Shown: positions 33,910 to 48,286 of the stretch, in pieces
Position numbering within the stretch: the stretch's first letter is position 1
How the letters are laid out: every line of letters starts with the position of its first letter
Assembly: GCA_038087875.1 (NCBI GenBank)
Contig: JAXLNO010000230.1
Coordinates: forward strand, 248,001 to 312,000
DNA length: 64,000 bases
Direction: 5' to 3'
Source of the DNA: Malacoraja senta
Lineage: Eukaryota
The notes under the pieces: generated by a model
Database searches by the model: none
Told to the model about the DNA's origin: nothing
The model's input: the letters and a program-made list of their open reading frames with translations, nothing else
Position numbers and translations under genes: made by a program

Positions 33910-36900
33910 AGGATGGCCAGGTTACAGTTTGCCAAGAAGTACTTAAAAGAGCATCCACAGTTCTGGAAAAAGGTCTGAGATGAAGATTAACTTATATCAG
34001 AGTGATGGCAAGAGCAAAGTATGGAGGAGAGATGGAACTGCCCATGATCCAAAGCATAGCACCTCATCTGTGAAATACGGTGGTGGGGGTGTTATGGCCA
34101 AGGCATGTATGGCTGCTGAAGATACTGGCTCACTTATCTTTATTGATGATACAACTGCTGATTGTAGTAGCATAATGAATTCTGAAGTGTATAGATACAT
34201 CCTAACTGGTCAAGTTCAAACAAATGCCTCAAAACTCATTGGCCGACGGTTCATTCTACAGGAAGACAATGATCCCAAACATACTTCTAAAGCAATAAAG
34301 AAGTTTTTCAAAGCTGAAAATTTGACAATTCTTGAGTGGCCAAGTTAATCACCCGATCGGAACCCAATTGAGCATGCCTTTTATATGCTGAAGAGAAAAC
34401 TGAAGGGGACTAGCCCCCAAAACAAGCATAAGCTAAAGATGGCTACAATACAGGCCTGGCAGAGCATTACCAGAGAAGACACCCAGCAACTGGTGATGTC
34501 TATTAAATCGCAGACTTCAAGCAGTCATTGCATGCAAAGGATATGCAACAAAATACTAAACATGACTACTTTCATTTACATGACATTGCTGTGTCCCAAA
34601 CATTATGGTGCCCTGAATTGGGGGACTATGTATGAACACTGCTGTAATTTCTACATGGTGAAACCAAAATGTATAAAAATGGCCTTTATTAAAATCTTAC
34701 AATGTACACTTTAACAACATGTGATTTTTTTCTATTACAAATCTCAAATTGTGGAGTACTGAGGCAAATAAATAAATGATGGGTCTTAGTCCTAAACATT
34801 ATGGAGGGCACTGTACATAAATTGCTTCAATTCATGATGCATTACATATGAGGTGAAGACCATGTAAACATCAGCAAATATCTATTCCACCCCTTATGAA
34901 GGAGGGATGGCTGATAATATATGATGGTTAGGCCTCGTATATTGCCCCAATTGTAATTTTGTAGCATTGTGCATGTGCTGAGATTGGCTTCCAACTACTA
35001 CACCATTTTCCCAAGTATTGGATGCCATCTCCAACTGTTGGAGTTTTTCCCCTCTAATGCCCATTGACTTCGGTTTTATAAGGAACACGATGCAATGGTT
35101 ATGTCAATTTTTTTTTCTCATTTCATTGCTCAAATTGGGCTCTTCAGCCTATCTTTGGATCTACCCTCTGCAGAAATGCTAATTTTATAGCTTTACACGG
35201 CTTGCTTGGCTCGAAAGGCAGCTAATTTGAGAGTGCAAGTCATCTGTACTGCATCTGGGATGTCTGGCCACATTATCTCAGCTGTTTACATCAGGAAAAG
35301 TGATTTCAATTGGGTAAGAAACTTTTATGACCGTGAGAACCACGGGAAGCAATCGAGATGGATTGCACACTTGGCACTTACAGCTGTAGATGGTTGCACC
35401 CTTGACTTTAGTACTCATGTGCTGGTCCAACCATGATTGAGAAATTGGCTGCTGGTTTAACTGTCACGGTTTAATTGATGGTTTAACTGTCCACCACCAT
35501 TGATGACTGGATGTGGCAGAACCTTGATCTAATCTGTTGGTTGTGCAATCACTTGTCCGTCTGTTAAATGCTGCTTTTCCCGTACAGCACAGATCCTGAG
35601 CTGCAGCTTCACGAGTCACTAATCACTAATGTGGACTTAAATTTGCTGCTATATTTTTGAGTACTGAGCAAGCTGGGTTGGCGATGGTAAGACCAAGCCA
35701 ATTTTGGAAATGGAAATTGAAATACCCTTTCATAGTACATTTTACCCCTCAGTGGTTTCTTCAAATCATCTTCAGCATGGTTGAGCACTAATTCATTAGC
35801 TGAGGGAAGATGGTAGTAGCAAGCAGGATGTGGTGTCCTTCTGCAATTTGACCTAATGCTGTGAGACTTGGTAAGTCAGCAGCTCTGTATTGTGATGTTA
35901 TCATTCCCATCATTTAGTATGCACATAATAACATATTTTAGATTCACCCGATATGCAGTTCATTGCTTATTCTGGAATGCTCTTAAGAAGCCTAGTTTAG
36001 TCTTTTGACAGATGGTAACAATCAAGTGTTTCATATCTTCTCATTGGGCAAACCTTCATCCATCCCAGGATTCATTTCAGTAAAGCTTTGCTGCACTTTC
36101 TCTGTTGCAAGTATATTCATTCTTAGGAATGTACTATTTTCCCCACATAATTGTTTGCTGTACCTGGATATTAATATTCAGGTGTGTACAAGAACAGCAT
36201 ATCATTGTGAGCACCAACACCCCTGTCTTCCACACTTCAAAAATATATTTCAGCTTTCTATTTTTTCTGCAACAATGAATGGCCACTTTCCTCCCCACAT
36301 ATATTCCACTCACCACACCCTTGCACATTCACTGAACCAGTGTTTTTCAACCTTTAAAACTCTCTGCAAACTCCTTGTGATCCACTCTGCCACTAAGCTT
36401 TGTTATCATCAACAAGTTTAGATATTTTACAATTTATGTTGTAATCCAAATTATTAATAAAGATTGTGGAAAGCTGGGTGTGGTGCCACACTCCATGTGG
36501 CACCACACCAGTCATCGAAAAAAATATTCCTGCACTCTATTTTCTTTTTTATTTATTAGCCTATCTTTAATTCATTCATGTATTACCCCCAATACCAGAT
36601 GTTTTAATTTAGTTTAATAATTTCATATAGCCACCAATCAAAGGCCTTCTGATAGTCAATGACACCACTGCAACTATTTCAAGCTTTTATATTCATCTCA
36701 TTGCAACCTCAGAAAATGATCAGATTTGTTAAATACAGTTTTTCTTTCATAAAACCATATTTATTTCATCCAATCCAGCTCTATTGTCTTGATTACCCTG
36801 ATTCCACCATTTTCCCTAACATTGGTGTTGTGCTAACTGGACAATTGTTCCCTGTTTTGTTTTCCCCTCCCTCTATCATTGATCTAGTGGGGTTATATTT

Positions 36901-36947
36901 GGTACCTTTCAGATTGTGAGAACTGTTGTAGACTCAGAGTTATGACA

Positions 36948-38657
36948 TTTTTTTTGACAATTTTTATTGCCAAATCTTTCTTTGATATTATAGACTCCAA
37001 AATTTCTTCATATATATGGCAGAATAAAAATCCCAGACTAGGTAAAAAATACCTACAGAAATCAAAAAAAAGTTGGTGCTTTGGCATTGCCGAACCTTAG
37101 ACTCTACTATTGGGCAGTCAATGTTCGTTATTTAACATTTTTGACAAAAGATTTAGAAGATACCCAATGCTCTGGATGGATAAACCTAGAACGTGATTCC
37201 TTACAAGGGTTATCATTGGCTTCTATTCTAGGGGCCTCGTTACCTTTTACAATTACGAGATTGAATAAATATACGACTAACCCAATAATAAGACATACGT
37301 TCCGAATATGGTTTCAATTTCGTAAGCTTTTTGGACTAAATGATTTTATCTTATCGAGTCCTATTTTATCCAATTTTCTCTTCCAACCGTCTAGTACTGA
37401 TCAAGTCTTTTTGTTATGGAAGAGGAAGGGATTAGTAGCTTTTCGTGATTTGTTTTTGGAGGGTTGTTTTATGTCTTTCGAACAACTCTCCAATAAATAT
37501 AACTTACCTAATTCACACTTTTTTAGATATTTACAAATTAGACATTTTTTGAAGGCTACCCCTTTTTCCGCTACCACATCAATCCGAAATTTTTGAAACA
37601 AATTTACAGTTGAACCCTTATCAGAAAGGATTAATAACGACTATTTATGAATTGATTTTGAAATTACAAATATACATTTCATAAAATTAAGAATGACTGG
37701 GAAAGAGCTCCAAATTTCTTTATCTATAGAGAAATGGGAGAGGATTCTTCAATTAGTTAATACCTCTTCAATGTGTGCAAGACACGCTTTGATACAATTC
37801 AAGGTGGTTCACAGAGCTCGTATGTCAAAAGATAAGTTAGCTCGTTTTTATGGTCATATAAATCCTACCTGTGATAGATGTAACTCTGAAGTGGCCTCAC
37901 TGACCCACATGTTTTGGTCCTGCCCTCTTTTGGAAAAATATTGGAAAGACATTTTTGATACTATTTCTGTAGTCTTAGGTATAGATTTACAACCTCATCC
38001 TATTACTGCAATTTTTGGGTTACCAATGTTAGATTCTATTCATTTGTCCCGCTCCGCCCATCGGTTGATTGCTTTTACCACATTAATCGGCAGAAGATTT
38101 ATTTTATTTAAATGGAAAGATTCCAACCCTCCGACCACACTCCAGTGGTATTCTGAAACGATATCATGTTTAAATTTAGAAAAAATCAGAAGTGACATTG
38201 TTGAACCCTTGGTTGAATTTGATAAGACTTGGGGGAAATTTATTGAACACTTTCATACAACATAAATTGCTCCCTCTTTAACCGTTATAAAAATTATTTT
38301 ACCTCCATAGGGTGTAACGGACTTGACGACAAACAGACTTAAATTGTTGAAATTCTCAGTTCAGATTCGGTTTTGCTTTGGTTTTTTTTAAATTTATTTT
38401 ATTTTTATTCTTATTTTATTATCAATTTTTCTTTTTTTTTTCTTTAGTTTAGGGTTTTTTTTTTTTTCCTGGAGGTCTATATTCATTGTGTATTTTGACA
38501 CTGGTCTCATATTAGGTTATACCTGTTATTAATGTAATCCTGATCCCTATGTATCAATATCATTGTTATGTTTATCATTATTCTTTTTGATCTGTTATGT
38601 TTTATTTTTGTTTGTTTTTTGGAAAAAAAAACAATAAAAAGATTTTAAAAGAAAGAA
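36948..38657 (+). mobile_element. 5'-truncated L1-clade LINE
   Basis: LALPNLRLYYWA, FFRYLQIRHF, IQFKVVHR, CDRC....SLTHMFWSC; aataaa + A-rich tail. TSD agagttatgaca (36936-47) / agagttgtgaca (38658-69). Confidence 0.92.
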
Positions 38658-39319
38658 AGAGTTGTGACAAACAACTAGTATATTCATTATCTCCAAAGTC
38701 ATCTTTCATGAATTGCCAGGTTTTAAGTCATCAGGTTTGGGGAATTCTTTGAATTTTAATGTCGTTACTTTGTCACAGTACATCTTGTTTCTTAAAAGTG
38801 CTAATTTTGGTAATTTTCTCACATTCTCCAGACCTGTTGATTTCTATAATTTCTGTAACATCTTCCATGAGCACGGGTGCAAAATATTTGATTGATTTTT
38901 CCAACGCATGGAGATGTGTCGTACAGCTCTATAATTCTGTTACAATCACTGTTCCCTAAAGAACACTTCATCATGAGATCATCAGGTCGCTCTTTCTGAT
39001 TACATAGTACTAGATTTTGAAATAGCTGTTCCCTGATTGATTCTTCAGCATATACTGATCGAGGATTCCATTTTCTTATACAATCTGTGAATTTGTTCTT
39101 CACACTGAACTGTAACTAGAATTACAACTGACTGAGGACATAAGAAATTGAGCTCCACTTTATGATTAGGTCAAATAAACTATAATCTTCAAAGGATGTT
39201 AGATGGGTTTGGCTATTTTCCATAGTCGTTAAGGAAACAAAGAGGAAATTCAGCCTTTGGCTGAATCACTTCTCAGTGTATAACCATCAGTCTATGGCTT
39301 TGCAGCTGAGACATTAAAG

Positions 39320-39788
39320 TTCAACAAGGGAGGTGCCCTGGGAGTCTGGTGCGCTGACCTCTACTGCACTGAGGCCAGGCACCAGCTCTCGGACTCCTCG
39401 GACACCTCCTCCTACCTATTCTTGGACCATGATCCCACAGATGAGTCCCTGGCCATAATCTCACTGACCATTTCTGATTTTATCACTTCTGGCTGTCTGC
39501 CTTCCACAGTCTCCACCCTTATCGTTTCCCACCCCTGCACAGCCCCGTTTCACCTTCTCCCCAAAATCCATAAACACAACTGCCCTGGCAGACTGATTGT
39601 TTCTGCCTGATCCTGTCCCACTGAAATTATTTTCACGTACCTCGACTCTTATCCTATCTCCCTGGTCCAATCTCTCCCAAAAAGTCACCCATTCCTTCTC
39701 TCCAGAGATGCTGCCTGTCCAGCTGAGTTACTCCAGCTTTTTATGTCTATCTTCAGTTTAAACCAGCATCTGCAGTTCCTTCATACTC
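39320..39788 (+). mobile_element. Penelope-like RT fragment fused to pLTR tail
   Basis: KGGA, LDHDPT, FHLLPKIHKHNCPGRLIVSA (PLE RT motif LPKIHK..PGRPIVS), then the gatgctgcctgtcc..tgagttactccagc tail. Confidence 0.8.
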
Positions 39789-41542
39789 AGTTCAACTTTA
39801 ATAGTGTATTTAAGGATAATTTTTTTTTAAGTCATCCAAATTTATGTGGTACAAATTTGTGAAGAAGGTAGGAGAGATAATGGAATTTCAGAGTAGTGGG
39901 AATTGAGCACTTATCGGCATTTTGCACTCGGTGGTTCTCACAGCTATGCTGATATTGACTCTGGAGTTTCCCATTTCTAATGTAAGATGCGGTCAGATCT
40001 CTGCTTAAAGTGATTTCTGGAATCGCCCAACAGTTATGCCTCTGAGCTTACAAAACAGTTAATCACAGTGAAGAATTGTTGCAGATAGTAAACAGGATGA
40101 GAAAGGTGGGATTTTTAATTAACCTTTTCAACATATTATAGAGCATGAAGTTAAGGAAGGAACATGAAGGTAAAAGATGAAATATGAACATTAAAATATA
40201 TAAATATATAAATTGTTTTATTTAAAATCTAGCATATTTTGAAATGTTGATCGAGAAAATTAAACTATATGGAAATTTGAATCCTTAGGGCAGGGTTTTT
40301 TTGGTCTGGTATATCATTAATTGTTATAGCCACATATATTTTCAGAAATTCTTTTCAGCATTAATAATCCAGGTCTCTTGATTTCTGAAATTTGTTTTGA
40401 AGAAATCCACTAAGCATTTCACTGTGTAAAATCTGGGGATTATTGATAGAATTGTTTGGAACTCTGCATAATGTATTCTCCAGGAATTGTTGTCGACTTC
40501 ACAGCATAAGGACAGTTAAATTTGATGGTTTTTAATCTTCATCACAAGTGGAAAAATCCAATAATGGTGATGTGATTTATTAATTTCCTTTGTGTAAATG
40601 ATATTCCAACCGTAAATTTTCACCTGAGGGAAAATGCAAGACTCCAATTTACCATAATATTGGAACTTTTTAATTGGTCCTCTTCCTTTCATTGGTAAGC
40701 TTTTCTGAAAGGATTTGTTGCCCTTTTCCTGCATTGCTGGTATTTCCATGAATGTTTTGTATATTAGTTTTTGCACATTCAAATGGGAGAATAATAAAAT
40801 ATACAAGAGTCAATGTTGTGTAAGTTATGATAATATCAAATCAATATTGTTAACCTAATTATAAAACAATTTATAAATAGTAACTGTAGTTTTTTCAGTT
40901 TCATTAAACCACCATTAACAAAGTTGACAGAAACTAAAAAAAATTATAAGAAAAATATAATGTTGATTTTCTCTTGTCAGTATGCTAGTTATAGATAATA
41001 TGTATAAAATGAAAATGACCAAGGCATAGTTACTTGGTTCATGAGTATTTTGATTTTGAGGTATTAAATATTTGGAATTCCAAATATCTGATTAAGCCTG
41101 CACATGGTTCCTGGAGATTATGTATATGTGACTTCCTTCTCCTTGCAATTTGCAGTTACCACCATGTTTGTAAAATTATTTGGCTTTAAAATTAGCATCT
41201 GGTGTGGACTGTACATAGGAAAACTTTATAATAGCAAGGAACAGTCATACATCTGTGCTTTTCAAACAGATCATTAGCTGCTTGCAATTTACTATCGAGA
41301 TTGACTTAAGGAAGTGCTTAGTGAATTCAATATTGCAGGTGTACACCTTGAAAGAAGTTTTGGTTTGTCTTAAGCTGTAAGATATGTATTATGTTCGCAT
41401 AATCATTGGATCAAATATTTGTCCCTCATACTTTAAAGTATAACCAGAAGTGATGAGAAGGCCAGTAAAATTTGTGATTATGTGATATCTGATCTATTTT
41501 CCATATCAATCCCATTCTCCTTCCTTTTCCCCATGACTTTGC

Positions 41543-41846
41543 TTTAGAGATACAGCATGGATATAGGTCCTTCGGCCCACCGAGTCCGTGCTGACCATAG
41601 ATCACCCCGTTCACTTGCACTATCCTATACACTAGGAACAATTTACGTTTTTTTTAAACCAAAGCCAATTAGCCAATAAACCTGTTTGCCTTTGAATCGT
41701 GGGAGGAAACAGGAGCACCTGGAGAAAAACCACATTGTCACAGGGAGAAAGTACAAACTCCGTACAGACGGCACACGTGGTCAGGATCAAAATTGGGTCA
41801 CAGGTGCTGTAAGGCAGCAACTCTACCGCTGCTCCACTGTGCCGCA
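41543..41846 (-). mobile_element. tRNA-derived V-SINE (HE1-like) with CR1-type tail
   Basis: Minus strand gcggcacagtggagcagcggtagagttgctgccttacagc head, V-domain-like core, and ctgtatctctaaa tail. Inserted in an older CR1 3' end. Confidence 0.8.
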
Positions 41847-41849
41847 CCC

Positions 41850-42186
41850 AGAATTTGACACTGAATAATCAAGAACCTATCAATCTCCACTTCAAACATA
41901 CCCAATGACTTGGGCCCTACAGCCGTCTGCGACAATGAATTCCACAGATTTCCACTGCCTCTGGATAAAGAAAAACCTCCTTATCTCCATTTTAAGGGTA
42001 CATTTTTGTATTCTGAGGCTGTGCCCTCTGATTCTAGACTCTTACTACTAGAAACTGTCTCCACATCCACTCTATCTAGGCCTCTCATTATTTGGTAGGT
42101 TTCAATGAGATGCCCCTCATCCTTCTAAACTCCAGTGAGTACCGGCCCAGAGCCATCAAATGCTCCTCCTATGTTAACTCAGTCAT
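41850..42186 (-). mobile_element. Older CR1 fragment (continues 44561-44600), interrupted by young CR1
   Basis: Reverse-complement CR1 ORF2 C-terminus; continuation ERVQRKFTRMI at 44561-44600. Confidence 0.75.
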
Positions 42187-44560
42187 GAGCAGTGGTGTAC
42201 GTTTAAGGATCTACTGTATAACCTTCAAGAAAAATTTATTTATTCCTATGAAGAAAAAAAGGGGTAAGGGTAAGAACAGTCAGCCATGGCTCAGTAAAAC
42301 TATAAAGGATAGTATTCGGCTGAAGGCAAGGGCATATAAGGTAGCCAGAGATAGTGGGAGGGTAGAGGATTGGGAAGCATTTAAAGGTCAGCAAAAAATA
42401 ACTAAGAGATTAATTAAGACGGGGAAAATAGACTATGAAAGGAATTTAGCGAACAACATAAAAACTAATAGTAAGAGTTTTTATAGCTATATAAAAAGAA
42501 AAAGGGTGGCTAAGGTGAACGTTGGTCCATTGGAGGGTGAGACTGGAGAGTTGTTGGTGGGGAACATGGAAATGGCAAAGGCATTAAACGAGTATTTTGT
42601 ATCAGTCTTCACCATAGAAGACACAAAAAATATTCCAACGCTGGATAAACGGGGCGGTAGGAATGGAAGAGCTAAATACTATTAAGATCACCAAGGAGGT
42701 GGTATTAGGGAAATTAATGAGACTGAAGGAGGATAAATCCCCTGGGCCTGATGGATTACATCCAAGGGTCTTGAGGGAGATAGCGGTGGGGATTGTGGAT
42801 GCATTGGTGATAATTTTCCAAAACTCCCTGGAGGCAGGAACGGTCCCAGTGGATTGGAAAATGGCCAATGTAACACCTATATTTAAAAAAGGAAGTAAAC
42901 AGAAGGCGGGTAACTATAGACCGGTTAGTCTAACATCGGTGGTGGGTAAAATGTTAGAGACAATTATTAAAGAAACACTAACGGGGCACTTGGATGGACA
43001 TGACTTCATCGGACAGAACCAGCATGGTTTTGTGAAGGGGAAGTCCTGTTTAACGAATCTGCTCGAATTCTTTGAGGAAGTAACAACCCGGGTGGATAAA
43101 GGGGAACCGGTGGATGTGGTATACTTGGACTTCCAAAAGGCTTTTGACAAGGTGCCACATAAGAGACTATTGCTAAAAATAAAAAATTATGGGATTGGGG
43201 GTAATATATTAGCATGGGTAGAGGATTGGCTAACAAATAGGAAGCAGAGAGTGGGGATAAATGGTTCATATTCGGGATGGCAACCGGTAACTAGCGGGGT
43301 TCCGCAAGGGTCGGTGCTGGGACCCCAGTTGTTCACAATTTATATAAATGATTTGGAGGAGGGAACCAAGTGTAATATATCAAAATTTGCGGACGATACA
43401 AAAATGGGAAGAAAAGTAGGGGATGAGGAGGATAGGAAGAGTCTGCAAAAGGATATAGATAAGCTAGGTGAGTGGGCAACAACTTGGCAGATGAAATTTA
43501 ATACTAATAAATGTGAAGTCATTCACTTTGGGAAAAAAAATGATAGGGCAAGTTATTTTCTAAATGAGGAGGAGCTGCGTTGTAATGCAACGCAAAGGGA
43601 TCTAGGGGTAGTAGTACATGAATCACTAAAAGTTAGTATGCAGGTGCAGCAAGCTATCAGGAAGGCCAATGGAGTTTTGGCCTTTATTGCTAGGGGGATT
43701 GAGTATAAAAACACGGAGGTCTTGCTGCAGCTGTACACAGTATTAGTGAGACCACATTTGGAATACTGTGTACAGTTCTGGGGTCCATACTTAAGAAAGG
43801 ATGTACTGGCCCTGGAGGCAGTGCAGCGAAGGTTTACAAGATTAATTCCTGCAATGAGGGGATTGACATTTGAGGAAAGGTTAAGTAGGCTGGAACTCTA
43901 CTCTTTGGAGTTTAGAAGAATGAGAGGCGATCTCATTGAAACATATAAGATCGTGAGGGGCCTTGATCGGGTGGATGCACCGAGGATGTTCCCAATGATC
44001 GGGGAAACTAGAACTAGGGGACATAGTTGCAGAATAAGGGGGGGCTCTTTTAAAACTGAGATGAGGAAGAACTTCTTCACCCAGAGGGTGGTTAATCTAT
44101 GGAATTCACTGCCCCAGGGAGCAGTGGAAGCAGAAACATTAAATATATTTAAGTCTAAAATAGATGGTTTTTTAGCTGCCAAGGGGATAAGGGGCTACGG
44201 GGAGAGGGCAGGGATATGGACCTAGGTAGGGTTAGTATAGTAAGACCTGAGTGATCTCCTGGACAAGTGTCGATCGCCTGGATTGGGGTCGGAGAGGAAT
44301 TTCCCGGATTTTTTTCCCGAATTGGACCTGGGTTTTTATCCGTTTTTTTGCCTCCCCCAGGAGATCACGCGGTTCTTGGGGTGAGAGGGGTGATAGCGGT
44401 ATAAAGGGGAGGGTAGTGTCTTGTGTTCTGTGTCTTGTGTCTACTGTTTGTGGGTAGGGGTGTCTGTTTGGTGTTCAGCCATGAGCGAATGGCGGTGCGG
44501 GCTCGATGGACCTGGTGGTCTACTCTCGCACCTACTTTCTATGATTCTATGATTCTATGA
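42187..44560 (+). mobile_element. Young 5'-truncated CR1 LINE, one frameshift near 42650
   Basis: PWLS, NSKSFYSYI, KSPGPDGLHPRVL, NYRPVSLTS, FADD; ORF 42663-44225; (ttctatga)n tail. Confidence 0.95.
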
Positions 44561-44684
44561 TCCACAGGATCATTCTTGTAAACTTCCTCTGGACTCTCTC
44601 CAACGCCAGATCCTTTCTCAGATATAGTTCCCAAAACTGCTGACTGTTGACATTAGGATAGGAAAGCTGAAAATCCACAAACCT

Positions 44685-46140
44685 GTCTTCATGGTGGAGA
44701 AAGTCAACATTTTCACGTTCCTGGGCATGCATATATCTGCAGATTTGTACTGGGCCCAGCACATTGATGCGATGACAAAGAAAGCACCTCTATTTCCATA
44801 GAATATTGAGGAGATTCAGTCTGTTGCCAAATAATCGATTGAACTTCTACAGATGTATGATAATGAGCACACTGATTACGTCACAGCTTGGTTCAGCAAC
44901 TTGAATGCTGAGCAACAAAGCAGATTGTGCAGAGTGGTAAACACTGTCCAGTCCATCACAGGTACTGACCTCCATAATCATTGAAGAGATCTTTAGGGAG
45001 TGCTGCTTCAAAAAAGGCAGCCAATATCAGCAAAGACCCACACCAGCCTTACTTCGCTCTCATTTCATTCCTACCATCGGGAAGAAGGCACAGGAGCCTG
45101 AAAACAGTGACCATAATGTTCAAAAATTGATTCTTCCCAGCAACCATCAGATTCTTGAACACTACACACACAACAGTGACCTCAGCAAATATGAACCTCG
45201 TGGACTATGTTTTTGGTTACACTAAGAACTTTGTTTTTCAATCACAATCACAATCACAATAATACTTTATTAGCCAAGTATGTTTTGCAACATACGAGGA
45301 ATTTCATTTGCCAAGTCAGTCATATAAATAAAAAGCAACGGAACACACAAAATACATTTTAACATAAACGTCCACCACAGTGACTCCTCCATATTCCTCA
45401 CTGTGATGGAACGCGAAACAAAGTTCAAATCTCTTCCCTTCATTGTTCTCCTGCGGTCGGGGGCCTCGAGCCCTCCGTTGACGGGACGATCTTGACTCCT
45501 GTAGCCGGCCGTCGGGCCCTCTGCATCGGGGCGATCAGCTCCTGCATCGGGGGAATGTTAGTTCCCCCGCGCCGGCGATTGGACCCCGGGTCGGGGCTAG
45601 TCGAACCTCTGCGACGTTGGAGCTCCCGACATCCACAGTCTCTCCCGAGACTGCGCGCACCGCGATGGTAAAGTCCGCAGGTCGCCGTTGGAGTGATCCC
45701 AGGCAAGGGATCGGCTCTGATGTTAAGTCCACGCCCCGCGATAGGGCTCAAGATCAGTCCCAGGAGGCCTCTAGCTCCATCGATGGTAGGCCGCAGAGCA
45801 ACCGGAGATGCGAACCGGAAAATAATTGCATCTCCGGCTAGATAAGAAACTGAAAAAAAAGTTTCACACAACCCCATCCCCTCCCCCCACATAAAACAAA
45901 CCGGAGAACATTTACACAAACTTTTAACACACACTAAAAATAAAAGACGAAAAAAACAGACAGACTGCCAATCGTGCGGCGCCCCCTGCTGGAAAGTCTT
46001 TGGACTATTATGGCTATTATAGTTAATAATTTATTGATATTTATTATTTCTGCATATTGTGTTTACGGGTCTGTTAAGCTGTGCAAGTTATAATTTCATT
46101 GTTCTGTTGTAGGTGCTTATGACAATTTAATAATCTTGAC
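44685..46140 (+). mobile_element. Rex1/Babar-like LINE 3' remnant, split by a non-autonomous element
   Basis: Degenerate VEKVNIFTFLGMHISADLYWAQHIDAMTKKA..LRRF..NFYRC, LPSGRRHRS; tail aatttcattgttc..tgacaat. Confidence 0.65.
45239..45992 (-). mobile_element. Non-autonomous retroelement with GC/CpG-rich body and (ATTGTG)n tail
   Basis: (caatca)n microsatellite tail and aataaa on the minus strand; tail shared with 28325-28409; CpG-rich non-coding body. Confidence 0.6.
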
Positions 46141-47210
46141 ACCTGAGGTTGCAAGCTATGATAGGTTAAAAATTCAAGGCCAGTTGTCTTCTTGACATGT
46201 TAACCCCTCCTTCAATTCATTCAGTATCTTCGCATTGGAATTTTGTTTTCTCTTTCCAGTATGAACAAAACTGATCATCTGTGTCACTTTATACTTTAAT
46301 CAAGGCGTCAAACACTTTCAGTTATTCAGTTAGGATGAAAAAAATGTAGCTGTTGTGCAAGCCCTTAGTACATGCTTCTGATCTGCATTTGCCTACAGCA
46401 GTGCTTAAACACATAGAACCAAACATTTCAACCAAACAAAAATGCACATTTGCCTTGTAGTGGAAGAGGTTGGCTTGACACTTTTAATCTTAGATGCCCA
46501 GCTTCAGACTGTACTGTCTAACTGTGAATGACAGTACTGCGGGCCAGCTGGCTGAGGTACTTTCAGGATCACAATGAGAAATGCTGCCATTGTGAGAATG
46601 AACACCAGATCTGTATTCCATGTACTACACAGGACTGCTCAGGGCAAATTAAGCCCAACCAGTCTGATAGCTAAAATCAGCTCTCCTTAAAGATCATGGC
46701 AACAGTGAATCTGGAGTAATGAGTTTGCATTGCATTGAGCTTTTATGATGCTACTCATGTGTTAGGTGGTATCTTCTAGTGCTGCAATAACAGTTGTAAC
46801 CTCTGCCATCATACACTATTGGGTCGTTGAATGTTGATTTGGAAATAACTACTTCTCCCATCATGAATAGAGTGAGCTGCAGATTGTGTGCAACACTATT
46901 GATGAGCTACAAGCTGAAATTCCACTGACACTTGGAACCTCGCCCATGCTTTTAAAAAGGTTGGACAAAGCCCTAAATGTCACCATGTACACGTTTATCC
47001 GCTACTGTTCAGAAGCTGCATATTATGATCCTCAACTGAATCTTACAGGGCAGAACTGGTGTGAAACCTCCAGTGATCTGGCGTGAATGTTGTTCTTTCC
47101 CCAAGCCAGGCAAATTACAATGTGCAGTGCTTGCTTTTAAATTAGCCTCTACAATATGCAAAATGTCAGGTTCTTAACCAGTGAAAGCCATTGACTCGTG
47201 AAATTTGAGT

Positions 47211-47343
47211 CTGAATAGGAGTTCTGACCCGAAACGTCACCTATTCCTTTTCTCCAGAGATGCTACCTAACTCGTTGAGTTACTCCAGCATTTTGTGTCA
47301 ATCTTTGGTATAAATCACCATCTGCAGTTCCTTCCTTTACACA
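47211..47343 (+). mobile_element. Penelope pLTR fragment
   Basis: ctgaatagg..gacccgaaacgtcacctattcc..gagatgct..tgagttactccagca. Confidence 0.72.
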
Positions 47344-47448
47344 TTTTACTGTTGCCTGGCTGTTCTGAGTATTTGAATGTGGCTGAGGAGCTTGGGCACA
47401 TGAGAGGCTTGTTTGAACGAACTATATTGTGAGTTAGAATATGAGAAG

Positions 47449-48286
47449 GGTAGGCAAACATGGGAAAATGAACTAGGCCAACCAATAATGAAAGATATTT
47501 GGGACGAAAGTTTACAACATATACATCAATGCTCGTTAAATGCCAGACATTCTTTAATACAATTTAAAGTATTATATAGATTACATTAAAACAAAACTAA
47601 ATAGAATCTTCCCACATATCTCTCCTATTTGTGATAAATGTCAGCATTTAGAGGCTAACTTAACTCATACATTCGTAAATTGAATAAAAATTTTAAAATT
47701 TTGGACGGACATTTTTAGAATAATTTTTGAAGTTGTCAACACCTAATTGGATCCCGACTCAAAACTAATAATACTAGGAATATCAGAACAAAGCCTAACA
47801 CTTACTACAAGCCAAAGAAACTTTCTCGACTATAGTATAATAACTGGGAAAAAATTAATATTAAAATTTTGGAATGGCCCTATAACCCCCACAATTTAAA
47901 TGTGGATTATGGAAATGTCGGAGACCTTACATTTGGAAAGAACTAGACTTTTCTTAATGGACAAACAAGAACTTTTTGTCAGAATATGGTCTTCATTTAT
48001 TGACTATTTGAAGGGGTAGAATGGTTCGGCACGGGAACCTGACTGAAGCTCGAACTCAGGATTAGATGAAAAGTTATACTTTATAATTTACGAACCTATC
48101 TCCAATGTTGAATTATTAGTAAATTATTCCATTCTTCTTTACCATGCTTTTTTTCTTCTTATTCTCTATGAAAAAAGCTGAGTCAATATACAACTGATAA
48201 TATTAGCAATGTAAGACTGATATTCATGAAATGTTCTTATTATGATATGTACTTGCTTCTAATAAAAATAATTAAAAAATAATAAT
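47449..48286 (+). mobile_element. 5'-truncated L1-clade LINE
   Basis: LIQFKVLYRL, CDKC..ANLTH; aataaa/(taa)n tail; TSD aatatgagaag (47438-48 / 48287-97). Confidence 0.88.

Larger units (their letters stand above)
28410..34813 (+). mobile_element. Tc1 transposon family A, both ends present, split by DIRS copy 2
   Basis: TA|cagtgccctcc ... ggagggcactg|TA. Transposase pieces on both sides of the insertion (KINLYQSDG, KYGGGGVM, QEDNDPKH, LEWPS). Confidence 0.95.

Noticed and set aside
23700..36700. Very old LINE-like remnants (~23.7-24.7, 25.6-26.3, 27.85-28.3, 34.85-36.7 kb)
   Set aside because: They look repeat-derived but are too degraded to assign family or boundaries by eye.
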